A DNA stretch of 34,417 nt from a bacterium. Lineage in GTDB: Bacteria; Patescibacteriota; Minisyncoccia; Phycocordibacterales; SBAW01. Shown piece after piece: positions 16,931-25,258 of the stretch (the first letter of the stretch is position 1; each line of letters begins with the position of its first letter). The DNA lies in assembly GCA_021814825.1 (NCBI GenBank), contig JAKAHS010000001.1:16697-51113 (forward strand). The letters are read 5' to 3'. The position numbers and the translations under genes are program-made. Below the pieces are notes generated by a model that saw nothing but the letters and a program-made list of their open reading frames with translations, ran no database searches and had not been told where the DNA came from.

Positions 16931-18238
16931 CTAGGCTGATTGTATGGCAGTGGTGTGATACTGACCACCCGCAACGCTCGACCAGATCGTGCGCGCACCG
17001 ACCTGCACAGGGGAAGAGCGGTCGACGGTATTGCCAAGACCGAGCTGGCTGTAATTGTTATATCCCCATGCCCAGAGTGTGCCGTCTGTCTTTATGGCGG
17101 CGGTATGAAACCAGCCGTTCGCGACCTTCGACCACGTGGTGAGGGCGCCTACTTGCACCGGGGAGGAGCGGGTGGTGGTGTCGCCGAGACCGAGCTGGCC
17201 TCGACTATTAGACCCCCATGCCCAGAGCGTGCCATCCGTCTTGATGGCGGTGGTGTATACAGAGCCATTCGCAACGCTTGACCAGGTCGTAAGCGCTCCT
17301 ACTTGGACCGGGGAAGAGCGGTTGACGGCGTCACCAAGACCGAGTTGACCTGAGCTGTTGGCCCCCCATGCCCAGAGCGTGCCATCGGTCTTAAGGGCGG
17401 TGGTATGTCTAAGACCTCCCACAGCGCTCGACCAAGTCGTGAGAGCACCGACCTGCACCGGAGAGGAGCGATTGACGGTGTCGCCGAGGCCGAGCTGGCC
17501 GTAGGTGTTGTACCCCCAGGTCCAGAGGGTGCCGTCTGTCTTGATGGCGGCGGTGTGTTCGGCGCCATTCGCAACCTTCGACCAAGTCGTGAGAGCGCCT
17601 ACTTGGACCGGGGAGGAGCGGGCGGTGGTGTCGCCGAGGCCGAGTTGGCCGTTGCCGTTGTATCCCCAGGTCCAGAGGGTGCCGTCGGTTTTGATGGCGG
17701 TGGTGTGTACAGCGCCATTCGCAACGCTTGACCAGGTCGTAAGCGCTCCTACTTGGACCGGGGAAGAGCGGCTGACGGCGTCACCAAGACCGAGCGCACC
17801 TAAACTGTTGAGCCCCCACGCCCAGAGGGTCCTGAGGAGTGGGAAATTCGCCGCCACCTGCTGGCCGTACCAGGTAGTGCCCGCGTTGGCGGTGTAGAAA
17901 CGGAGCAGATCGGTGCTCCCTCCCGTGGTCGAGAGAGTTGGCGCCGCAGCTCCCGGCCACACCACGCTCGTTGGCCAGGTCGCCAGCCGGCTGCCAATGC
18001 TGTCCTGCGTCAGAAAGAGCGCGATCGTGCCGGTCTTGCCACTCGCCGGCGGGTTGGTGAACGTGAAGGTGCAGTTGCCCGTGAGCGTTATGTGGAAGAC
18101 GTTGCCCTGCGAGAGGTCGATGGTGTAGGAAGTGCCTGAGTTGGCGGTCACCGCCGTGTATGAGTAGCTCCTCAGCTCCGCATTCTGCAGCTGCTCAAGT
18201 CCGATGTCGACGCGATTCTTTGAGATCTTGATGACCAT
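16931..18238 (-). CDS. RCC1-repeat beta-propeller protein with an unassigned ~135-aa N-terminal domain
   Basis: Six consecutive ~50-aa blades of consensus LW(A/T)WGxNxxGQLGLGDxxxRSSPVQVGALTTWSxVANGxxHT(T/A)AIKTDGT. No signal peptide. N-terminal domain: MVIKISKNRVDIGLEQLQN...TLTGNCTFTFTNPPASGKTGTIALFLTQDS... Confidence 0.85.
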   Translation of the reverse strand: MVIKISKNRVDIGLEQLQNAELRSYSYTAVTANSGTSYTIDLSQGNVFHITLTGNCTFTFTNPPASGKTGTIALFLTQDSIGSRLATWPTSVVWPGAAAPTLSTTGGSTDLLRFYTANAGTTWYGQQVAANFPLLRTLWAWGLNSLGALGLGDAVSRSSPVQVGALTTWSSVANGAVHTTAIKTDGTLWTWGYNGNGQLGLGDTTARSSPVQVGALTTWSKVANGAEHTAAIKTDGTLWTWGYNTYGQLGLGDTVNRSSPVQVGALTTWSSAVGGLRHTTALKTDGTLWAWGANSSGQLGLGDAVNRSSPVQVGALTTWSSVANGSVYTTAIKTDGTLWAWGSNSRGQLGLGDTTTRSSPVQVGALTTWSKVANGWFHTAAIKTDGTLWAWGYNNYSQLGLGNTVDRSSPVQVGARTIWSSVAGGQYHTTAIQSA

Positions 18239-18278
18239 GGTTTTATGGTATCACACGTCAAAAGCTGGAAACAGAGTT

Positions 18279-18299
18279 TACAGAGGGGAACCCTCTGTA
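18279..18299. repeat. Short palindromic element, sharing a 19-nt exact core with the palindrome inside folA
   Basis: TACAGAGGG-GAA-CCCTCTGTA (9-bp stem). ACAGAGGGGAACCCTCTGT at 18280-18298 is identical to 32723-32741. Confidence 0.8.
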
Positions 18300-18307
18300 G
18301 GCAGACA

Positions 18308-18340
18308 GGGCCACATGGAAGCTTCGCTTCCATGTGGCCC
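18308..18340. terminator. Strong hairpin in the RCC1 / 644-aa gene spacer
   Basis: GGGCCACATGGAAGC-TTC-GCTTCCATGTGGCCC: 15-bp perfect arms. A T-run follows on the + strand (GCCTCTTTTTTGCTTTTTT) and an A-run precedes it on the - strand, so it probably terminates the minus-strand 18417..20351 gene despite the orientation. Confidence 0.6.
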
Positions 18341-18359
18341 GCCTCTTTTTTGCTTTTTT

Positions 18360-18405
18360 ATTTCTCTATTCCTTCATTCCTATATTCCTATATTCCTTTG
18401 TTCCT
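18360..18405 (-). repeat. Six tandem 8-nt units (AGGAAUnn on the minus strand) between stop codon and hairpin
   Basis: ATTTCT at 18360. ATTCCT at 18368, 18376, 18384 and 18392. GTTCCT at 18400. The period is exactly 8 nt. The array starts 11 nt downstream of the stop codon at 18417-18419. Confidence 0.75.
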
Positions 18406-18416
18406 CGCAGCTTTTA

Positions 18417-20351
18417 CTACTGCCCCACGATCTCCATGCCACGGGAGAAGCCGGGATCGCTCGTGAGAAGCGTCGTGAGCGGGTCGGCGTTTGCTGTCAC
18501 TTGTGCCTGCGCGAAGCGATCTTGACCCTGGAAATGGATCGCTCCCGTGAGCGCCGGCACAGAGCCGACCTGCGAAAGCGACGGCGTCAGTGATACTTGG
18601 AACGCTGCTTGCCGCGCAGGACTCGTGTAGCCGACACCCGCCTCCACGTCGCCAAGTGCCCAGGTGACCGTGCGCGTACTGTCATCGTACGATACCTGCT
18701 CGCCGCCCGCCGTTCCGGCGCCGATGAATGAGACGTAGGGCGGCAGCACGGTGCTCATGGTCGCGCCGGCGAGCGTGTTGGATGAATTCTTCACAGAAAG
18801 AACGACTGCATAAGTGGTGGCCTGCCCTACCCGAGGAGGAAGCGGGCCGCTTTCACTAAACGGACCGGTGAAATGGAGCGCTTGCGCCGAAGCGGTAACT
18901 GCCGAGGCAAGCTCGATCTTCGTGCTAGCAACCGTCGTGATATCCTCCGGCACGCCGGCATCCTGGCGCGTCCCATGCACGGTGAGGTTCAGCGTCACTT
19001 CAGGATTAGAGAGCGGCACGCTGCCGGGCGGGAGCGTTGCAAGAGAGAATTGGAACGAACCGCCGGCGCCCGGCGCAACCGACGCGAGCTGTGAATTCTG
19101 GTCGCTCCCCCACGTAATCTGCTGTTTGTTGGAATCATAGAAACCGTTGATCGCGTGCACCGACGATCCGTCGATCGCGGAGCCGGAAAGCGACAGCGTG
19201 AACGTTACGTTCGATATGGTCTCCGTCAGATTATTCTGCCATGCGATGTTGCCCGAGATCCCTCCGCCAAGCGGCTCCGCGATCGTCGCCCCCGTATTGC
19301 CACCCAGCGAGATCGTCGCGCCGATGAATGGCTTGCGCACGGTGACCGTCTGCGGGGCCGAGAGGAGCGGGACCGCAAGCGATGTTTCGGTCGGATCGCT
19401 TTCCGTGCCGGCGAGGAAATGGAACACGCGCTCGTCGCCGTCTTCGCCAGTGAGCACGCCGGAGATGTGTATGGTCTGGCTGCCACCCGGCTCGAGCGTG
19501 CCCAAATGCCAGAGCGTGTTCCCCGGTGCCGCCGCCGGCGACACTGAGCTCACCGCGAAGCCGAACGGGTACTGCACTTCGACCGCCACATTCGGAAGCG
19601 GCGAGGTGGCGTTGGATGACACCTCGACGTCAAGCGAGAATGGCTGTCCTGAGATCGCTTCGGTGGGCGATGAAATAGACACGGAGATCGGCGATGATCC
19701 GATCGTGAACATGGTATCGACCTGTTTGACGAAGACCGAGTTGGAACCGGCGAGCTGATATTCGAGCGTGACCGACACTTTTTCTTGCGAGCCGCTCGCG
19801 CCGAAGAACAGCGCCGATGATGTTTGTTTGATCTGTTGCCCGGGCGTTATTGTGCCAAGTGAGATGCGCTCATTGGGCAGCGCCACCGTCGGATCATTCT
19901 CTGAGCGCGTGCCGTCTGGATAGGTGACCACCAGATCGGCCGCAAGAAGGGACGTGTTGTTGCGATTCTGAATGATGTACTGGAGCGTCGCGCCCTTTCC
20001 GCTGTCGATAAGCGATGGAGCGACGATCTGGACATCGATGTTCTGCGGAGATATGGTGTTGAGTCCGCCCCACAGCGCCCATCCCGCGACCGCCGCCGCG
20101 ATGACGAAGAACACGAATGAGCCCCACAGGAAGTACCATGCGGCGGTATGTTTTGGTGTGCGTTTCTCCATAAGCGTAAGCGGTGCGAGCGGCTTTTCTG
20201 GCGCTTCTTCTTTCATACCATCCCACGAGCGAGGCGCTTCTTTGCGCATCGAAGAAAGCGGTGAGCGCGCGGTCGGTTCGACCTCCGGCGCCTGCGTGCG
20301 TGAATATAATTTACTTTTGAGCCTTTCGACTGGCGGTTCCCGATCGGGCAT
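18417..20351 (-). CDS. Membrane-anchored protein with multiple extracytoplasmic beta-sandwich (DUF11/CARDB-like) domains
   Basis: Cytoplasmic N-terminus (MPDREPPVERLKSKLYSR...), one TM helix (YFLWGSFVFFVIAAAVAGWALWG), then about 540 aa of Ser/Thr/Gly/Val-rich beta-type sequence. ATG 20351 is preferred over the ORF-track start at 20375. Confidence 0.6.
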   Translation of the reverse strand: MPDREPPVERLKSKLYSRTQAPEVEPTARSPLSSMRKEAPRSWDGMKEEAPEKPLAPLTLMEKRTPKHTAAWYFLWGSFVFFVIAAAVAGWALWGGLNTISPQNIDVQIVAPSLIDSGKGATLQYIIQNRNNTSLLAADLVVTYPDGTRSENDPTVALPNERISLGTITPGQQIKQTSSALFFGASGSQEKVSVTLEYQLAGSNSVFVKQVDTMFTIGSSPISVSISSPTEAISGQPFSLDVEVSSNATSPLPNVAVEVQYPFGFAVSSVSPAAAPGNTLWHLGTLEPGGSQTIHISGVLTGEDGDERVFHFLAGTESDPTETSLAVPLLSAPQTVTVRKPFIGATISLGGNTGATIAEPLGGGISGNIAWQNNLTETISNVTFTLSLSGSAIDGSSVHAINGFYDSNKQQITWGSDQNSQLASVAPGAGGSFQFSLATLPPGSVPLSNPEVTLNLTVHGTRQDAGVPEDITTVASTKIELASAVTASAQALHFTGPFSESGPLPPRVGQATTYAVVLSVKNSSNTLAGATMSTVLPPYVSFIGAGTAGGEQVSYDDSTRTVTWALGDVEAGVGYTSPARQAAFQVSLTPSLSQVGSVPALTGAIHFQGQDRFAQAQVTANADPLTTLLTSDPGFSRGMEIVGQ

Positions 20352-20456
20352 AGCACTATCATACCGCACCAACACAAAAGCTGAACATCAAAGCCCGGTA
20401 TATCCTCCATAAGGACTCGGCCTGTTTGTTGTCAGACTCCAGCCGAGGACGCTCTA

Positions 20457-21056
20457 TCACAACCCAGTCGCGCTGAGCGACTCGTTGATCGATCGGATGA
20501 GCGCGCTGCGTGAAGTGGCAGCCTGCGCGGCAAGTTCCATCGACAGAGCGCTGTCGCCGATGAATGGCGCAAGCTCCGGCGTCTTCGGAAGATAGCCGAG
20601 ATGGTGGAGCGTGCGGAGCACGAGCACCGACTCGATGCCGTCGACCTCTTCGCGCGTACGCGCCGAAAGCAGAAGACTGATGCCTTCTGCAACTTGATCA
20701 AAGAGAACAGGCGAAGGCTCTTCGCCATGAATGAGGCGCGTGAGAAGTTGCAGGATCTTACCGATCGCATGCCGCGCGTAGCGCGAACTTTCTGCGAATT
20801 GCGTGCGGTCCTCCTCGCATCGGTGGCCGTTCACGATCTTCCACTCATGCTTGCCGCGCACCAGCGAAAAGCGCGCGACGGTAAGCGGTTCGAGAAAATA
20901 GCGCAACTTCGATCGTGAGAGGCGGCTGCTCTGTGCTTTGGCATACAGAAGACCGCGATCGCGCGTGAAGAGCGCCACGAGCGTGTTCGCTTCTCCGACG
21001 CCGCGCTTGCCAAGCACGATCCCGGAAGTGGTAAGAATGGTGTGACCGAGACTCAT
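20457..21056 (-). CDS. recO: DNA repair protein RecO
   Basis: N-terminal OB-like segment GIVLGKRGVGEANTLVALFTRDRGLLYAKAQSSRLSRSKLRYFLEPLTVARFSLVRGK plus a helical C-domain. Its start overlaps the ileS stop (ATGA at 21053-21056). Confidence 0.7.
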   Translation of the reverse strand: MSLGHTILTTSGIVLGKRGVGEANTLVALFTRDRGLLYAKAQSSRLSRSKLRYFLEPLTVARFSLVRGKHEWKIVNGHRCEEDRTQFAESSRYARHAIGKILQLLTRLIHGEEPSPVLFDQVAEGISLLLSARTREEVDGIESVLVLRTLHHLGYLPKTPELAPFIGDSALSMELAAQAATSRSALIRSINESLSATGL

Positions 21057-24000
21057 CGTGTGAGAGTGAAGCGCACGGGCATGTTGAGCGATGGATGAAT
21101 GGGAAGATCGGCAGCACGCATGATCTCAAGCGCGCCGAGACTGGTCTGCACAAGGAAGTCAGCTTTGTGCGACTCGAAGAACGCTTCCCACTCTTCGTCC
21201 GCGTCGATGCGCAACGTCGGCCGGTCTGCGACCGAGAGGCCTTCCTTTTTGCGTAGATCTTGTATGACTCGCACAACGTCGCGTACCAGCCCCTCCTCGC
21301 GCAGCTCATCGGTGATCGCAATGTCGAGCCACACATCCTCTTCCATGTCAGTGTCGGTCTCGATGACCTTCACGTTCACTTCATCGGCGATGATGGCGCG
21401 CAGCACTTCGTCGTCCGGAAGCTCGCGCACCTTAAGAAGTGCGAGCGGCTGGCGCACCTTGATGCCGGCATCGTCGCGACGCTCAAGCGCGCGTGATGCC
21501 ACCGCGCGAACGATTGCCATGTCCGCGAGGATCTTCTCATCAACCGCGATATTCTCCGGCCATCTCTCCAAGTGGACGCTCTCCTTCTCCCCGCCGACTC
21601 CTTGATACATACTTTCGGCGATAAATGGCATCAGCGGTGCCACGAGTTTTGCGAGCGCAAGCAAGATCTCGCGCTGCGTTGCGAGAGCGAACTGCTTGTC
21701 GGTGGCATCCGCACCAGCACGCACGCGGTCGCGCGAGCGGCGCACATACCACGTCGAATAATCTTCGATGAACGGGCGCAGTGCTCGCACGGAGCGCGGC
21801 ATGTCGTACGCTTCCATCGCGTCGGTCATCTCGCGCACAAGCTCTCCCAAGCGCGAGCGAACCCAATGATCAAGCGGATGCGGGCTGTTCTCGCTTTCGG
21901 TCACTCCGTCGTATTCCTCTTTATAGAGCTCGAAGAATTTATATGAATTCCACAAGATGCCGATGACGCGGTTGTGCGCCTCGCGTACGTCTTCATCGCG
22001 AAATGCGAAATCCTCGGCCTGCATCACCACGCTTCCCATCATGTAAAGGCGTAGTGCATCGGCACCGTATTTATCGAGCAGCGCGAGCGGATCGGTGTAG
22101 TTGCCCTTGCTCTTGCTCATCTTGGAGCCGTCGGCGGCAAGCACATTGCCGGTCACGACCGCAGCGCGGAACGACAGGCGATCGAAGAGCGCGACCGCCA
22201 TCGCATGCATATAGTAGAACCACGCGCGCGTCTGCCCCACATACTCGGCAACGAAATCACCCGGGGCGCGCTTCTCGAATGCTTCCGTGTTCTCGAATGG
22301 ATAATGATATTCGGCGAACGGCATGACGCCCGACTCCGCCCAGCAATCGATGACTTCCGGAATGCGGGTGTACTCTGCGCCATCGTCTCCAAGGAGCGTG
22401 ATCGAGTCTATGTACGGACGATGCAGGTCGAGATCGAATTTCGCGTTGAGCGGAAGCGGCGCGAACGGGATCTCCATCACTTCGCCCGGCGCTGCCGCGA
22501 GATTCACTTCGCTCATGAGGTCGTCGCCGCGCGCGCCAGAGAGTACTTCGAGGAGTGACTTGAAGCCGACCGCGTGCGACACTATGACCACCGTCTTGTC
22601 CGCGTACGTTTTTTCATAGCCGTAGATCGCTTTGCCGAAACGGATCTTCGCTTCTTCAAAGCTTTCGCCGTGATCAGGATGCACGGTGTACCAGTCAGGC
22701 CGCGCAAGCGCGCTTATCCACTCCGATTTCGGACGGCCGTCATATTCGCCGAAATTGAATTCAGCGAGCTGTGGGTCGATGACGATCGACTGTTCATCAA
22801 GACCAAGCTCATGCGCCATGATCTGCGCAGTTTCGCGCGCGCGGCGCACCGGTGAGGTAACGAGCACCAGCGATTTCTCCGGCGCTGCCGCCGTGCTCTC
22901 GCGGATGGTGTGCGCCGCGCGCGCCGCCTGCTCCCGACCCTTTTCCGTCAGCGGGTAGATGCCTTCGGGGTCGGCGGTGTAGATGCCCTTGCTCATATAT
23001 TCCGACTCGCCGTGGCGCACGATGAAGTAGCGATTGCCGGCGGTCTTCGCGCGCTGCTTGAGCTCCTCCAGAGAGCCGACCACCATGTAGCGACCGCTCT
23101 GCGCTTTCCAGATCGGCAAGGGAGAGGCCCAGAAACGATTGCGCGAAATGGTCCAGTCGGGCGCGTTGTCGACGATATGTTTGAAACGACCGTGCTTGAG
23201 ATGCTCCGGCACCCATGTGATCTTTTCATTCTCCGAGAGCAGCTTCCCTTTTATCTTTTGGATATTGATGAACCACGACGAGACCGCGTTGTAGACGAGC
23301 GCGGTCGCGCAGCGATAGCAGTGCGGATATGAGTGTGTGTGCTCCGCTTTCGCAAAAAGCAGCTCGCGCTTCTCGAGATCTTCGATGATATGCTTGCCGC
23401 CCTTTTTGTAATACATGCCGACGATGAACTCCGGCGCCATCGAATTGTACGAACCGCTCGCGTCGAGCAGCTGGATCATCGGCAACCCTTCGCGTGCTCC
23501 GAGCGCGAAGTCGTCTTCGCCGTACATCGGCGCGATATGCACGATGCCGGTGCCCTCTTCGGTCGTGACGAAATCGCCCGCATACACGCGATGTGCCACG
23601 CCCGACTTTTCTTCGCCCGCAAAGTCATAGAGCGGTTCATATTCGAGACCGAGAAGATCGATGCCAGAAAATTCGTAGCCAGCATTCGGGTCTGACAAAC
23701 CAAGGGCCGACATTCTGTCTTTGGCGACGAGATAATATTTCCCACTTTCATATTGAACGGCTCGATATGAAATATCTTTACCAACCGCAAGCGCCATGTT
23801 TCCCGGCAACGTCCACGGCGTGGTCGTCCATGCAAGGATCTGAACATCCGAACCCATACCAAGACTAAACAATTCGGGCGTCGGTTTCAGTTTGAACTTC
23901 ACCGTCACCGCCGTATCCGTCACATCCTTGTACGTGTTATCCATCGCGATCTCCGCTTTTGCCAGCGGCGTCTCGCAGTGTGGACAGTACATGAGCACCT

Positions 24001-24541
24001 TGCGGCCTTCATAGAGAAGCTCCTTCTCATGCAAACGCTTCAGCGACCACCACACGCTCTCGATGTACGAGTTGTCCATCGTCTTGTACGAGTTCTTGAA
24101 GTCGACCCATCGTCCGATGCGCTCGACATATCTCTCCCACTCGCGCTCGAACTCAAGCACGCTTGAGCGCGCCGCTTCGTTGAACGCCGCGATACCTACC
24201 TGCTCGATATCTTTTTTGGTCTTGAGTCCGAGCCGCTTCTCAATGAGCGATTCGATCGGAAGGCCGTGGCAGTCCCACCCCCACCGACGGCGCACGCTAT
24301 ACCCGCGCATCGTCTTATAGCGCGGCACGACATCCTTCACGATCGACGACAGCAGCGAGCCATAGTGCGGAAGCCCGGTCGCAAAGGGCGGGCCATCATA
24401 AAACACGAACTCGCCGTGCGGCGCATCTTTCCCTACCGACTTTTCGAAAATTTCGCGCTCCTTCCAAAACGCGAGCACAGCCTCCTCGCGCTGTGCTATC
24501 TCCGTCTTTTCTTGCGTCTTTGTTTTCTCCCCCTCAGTCAT
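21053..24541 (-). CDS. ileS: Isoleucyl-tRNA synthetase (type 2-like) carrying an inserted histidine-phosphatase domain
   Basis: FYDGPPFATGLPHYGSLL (HIGH-class), WGWDCHGLPIE, TTPWTLPGN (editing domain), DWTISRNRFWASPLPIW, KMSKSKGN. ATG 24541 (MTEGEK...) is preferred. Codons covering roughly 22436-23039 encode the inserted domain described in the findings. Confidence 0.93.
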   Translation of the reverse strand: MTEGEKTKTQEKTEIAQREEAVLAFWKEREIFEKSVGKDAPHGEFVFYDGPPFATGLPHYGSLLSSIVKDVVPRYKTMRGYSVRRRWGWDCHGLPIESLIEKRLGLKTKKDIEQVGIAAFNEAARSSVLEFEREWERYVERIGRWVDFKNSYKTMDNSYIESVWWSLKRLHEKELLYEGRKVLMYCPHCETPLAKAEIAMDNTYKDVTDTAVTVKFKLKPTPELFSLGMGSDVQILAWTTTPWTLPGNMALAVGKDISYRAVQYESGKYYLVAKDRMSALGLSDPNAGYEFSGIDLLGLEYEPLYDFAGEEKSGVAHRVYAGDFVTTEEGTGIVHIAPMYGEDDFALGAREGLPMIQLLDASGSYNSMAPEFIVGMYYKKGGKHIIEDLEKRELLFAKAEHTHSYPHCYRCATALVYNAVSSWFINIQKIKGKLLSENEKITWVPEHLKHGRFKHIVDNAPDWTISRNRFWASPLPIWKAQSGRYMVVGSLEELKQRAKTAGNRYFIVRHGESEYMSKGIYTADPEGIYPLTEKGREQAARAAHTIRESTAAAPEKSLVLVTSPVRRARETAQIMAHELGLDEQSIVIDPQLAEFNFGEYDGRPKSEWISALARPDWYTVHPDHGESFEEAKIRFGKAIYGYEKTYADKTVVIVSHAVGFKSLLEVLSGARGDDLMSEVNLAAAPGEVMEIPFAPLPLNAKFDLDLHRPYIDSITLLGDDGAEYTRIPEVIDCWAESGVMPFAEYHYPFENTEAFEKRAPGDFVAEYVGQTRAWFYYMHAMAVALFDRLSFRAAVVTGNVLAADGSKMSKSKGNYTDPLALLDKYGADALRLYMMGSVVMQAEDFAFRDEDVREAHNRVIGILWNSYKFFELYKEEYDGVTESENSPHPLDHWVRSRLGELVREMTDAMEAYDMPRSVRALRPFIEDYSTWYVRRSRDRVRAGADATDKQFALATQREILLALAKLVAPLMPFIAESMYQGVGGEKESVHLERWPENIAVDEKILADMAIVRAVASRALERRDDAGIKVRQPLALLKVRELPDDEVLRAIIADEVNVKVIETDTDMEEDVWLDIAITDELREEGLVRDVVRVIQDLRKKEGLSVADRPTLRIDADEEWEAFFESHKADFLVQTSLGALEIMRAADLPIHPSLNMPVRFTLTR

Positions 24542-24621
24542 ACATAAGAATATATAGGTTATTAGCCCAAAACAAAAGCCGCGCCAAACACCTACCAAAA
24601 GAAAGCTGCTGCGCTCTCCCA

Positions 24622-24675
24622 TGTCTCACCCACACTTATAATTCACGAACGTGAATTATAAGTGTGGGTGAGACA
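24622..24675. repeat. 54-nt perfect palindrome (P1) between the PaaX-like gene and ileS
   Basis: TGTCTCACCCACACTTATAATTCACG-AA-CGTGAATTATAAGTGTGGGTGAGACA: 26-nt perfect arms, with a TATAAT hexamer in each arm. Confidence 0.9.
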
Positions 24676-24691
24676 ACGAATGAAGGGTGGG

Positions 24692-25258
24692 TCATCGTAG
24701 ACCAAAGATCTTCTTGAGATCGTTCCCGCCCTCTAACTCCTCGACGATCATGTACAACAGCTGCTTACCAGTGCGCAGATCATGCTTAAGCAGTGTCACC
24801 ACATCTTCACAATCATATGGATAGATCCAGACACTATTCTGCAGAAGAACAAACCCCATATCTCGTAACGTAAAGCGTACTTTATCCCGAAGCGATCTAC
24901 GAGTCTCGGGGATATCGAAAATGAGCACCCGCCATTTACCATCCCATCGTTTCGATTTTTTCAGTTTATATTCCGAATATTCAAGATGGGCGAGGTATTT
25001 CCTACCTTTCGAGGTGACGCGCAAATGTCCGCCGACTCGCTCAAGATATCCACTATGCAGAAGGCGATCGCGCGAGCGGTTGATGACCTCCTTCTGTCGC
25101 TTGTGCGGCATGAGTCCGGTCTTTTCCATAAGACCAAGCACCTGCGGAACGACAAAAGCTGTCCCGACCATCCCAGTGACGGCAGCAGAGGCAAGAATGA
25201 ATTTACCGACAGAATGCCGGCGCGCCCTTTGTCCTGATCTCTTCTCAAGATTGCCCAT
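24692..25258 (-). CDS. PaaX-like / Cas2-fold-like putative transcriptional regulator with a hydrophobic N-terminal segment
   Basis: wHTH-like RDRLLHSGYLERVGGHLRVTSKGRKYL, followed by WDGKWRVLIFDIPETRRSLRDKVRFTLRDMGFVLLQNSVWIYPYDCEDV, which is the PaaX C-terminal/Cas2-like pattern. ATG 25258 (MGNLEK). Confidence 0.65.
   Translation of the reverse strand: MGNLEKRSGQRARRHSVGKFILASAAVTGMVGTAFVVPQVLGLMEKTGLMPHKRQKEVINRSRDRLLHSGYLERVGGHLRVTSKGRKYLAHLEYSEYKLKKSKRWDGKWRVLIFDIPETRRSLRDKVRFTLRDMGFVLLQNSVWIYPYDCEDVVTLLKHDLRTGKQLLYMIVEELEGGNDLKKIFGLR

Noticed and set aside
16931-18238. A diversity-generating retroelement target or template among the RCC1 repeats.
   Set aside because: There is no reverse transcriptase or accessory gene in the window. 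The repeats are ordinary in-frame propeller blades, and I could not see adenine-specific mismatch patterns.
24542-24622. A 27-aa N-terminal extension of IleRS (MGERSSFLLVGVWRGFCFGLITYIFLC) starting at the ATG that abuts palindrome P1.
   Set aside because: It is hydrophobic and non-IleRS-like. Conserved IleRS sequence begins after Met28 (MTEGEK...EEAVLAFWKE). I cannot fully exclude it, and note only that P1 ends exactly at this ATG.
24622-24675. P1/P2 as integron attC sites flanking a gene cassette.
   Set aside because: There are no RYYYAAC/GTTRRRY core sites at the palindrome ends, no integrase nearby, and the palindromes are far more perfect than typical attC sites.
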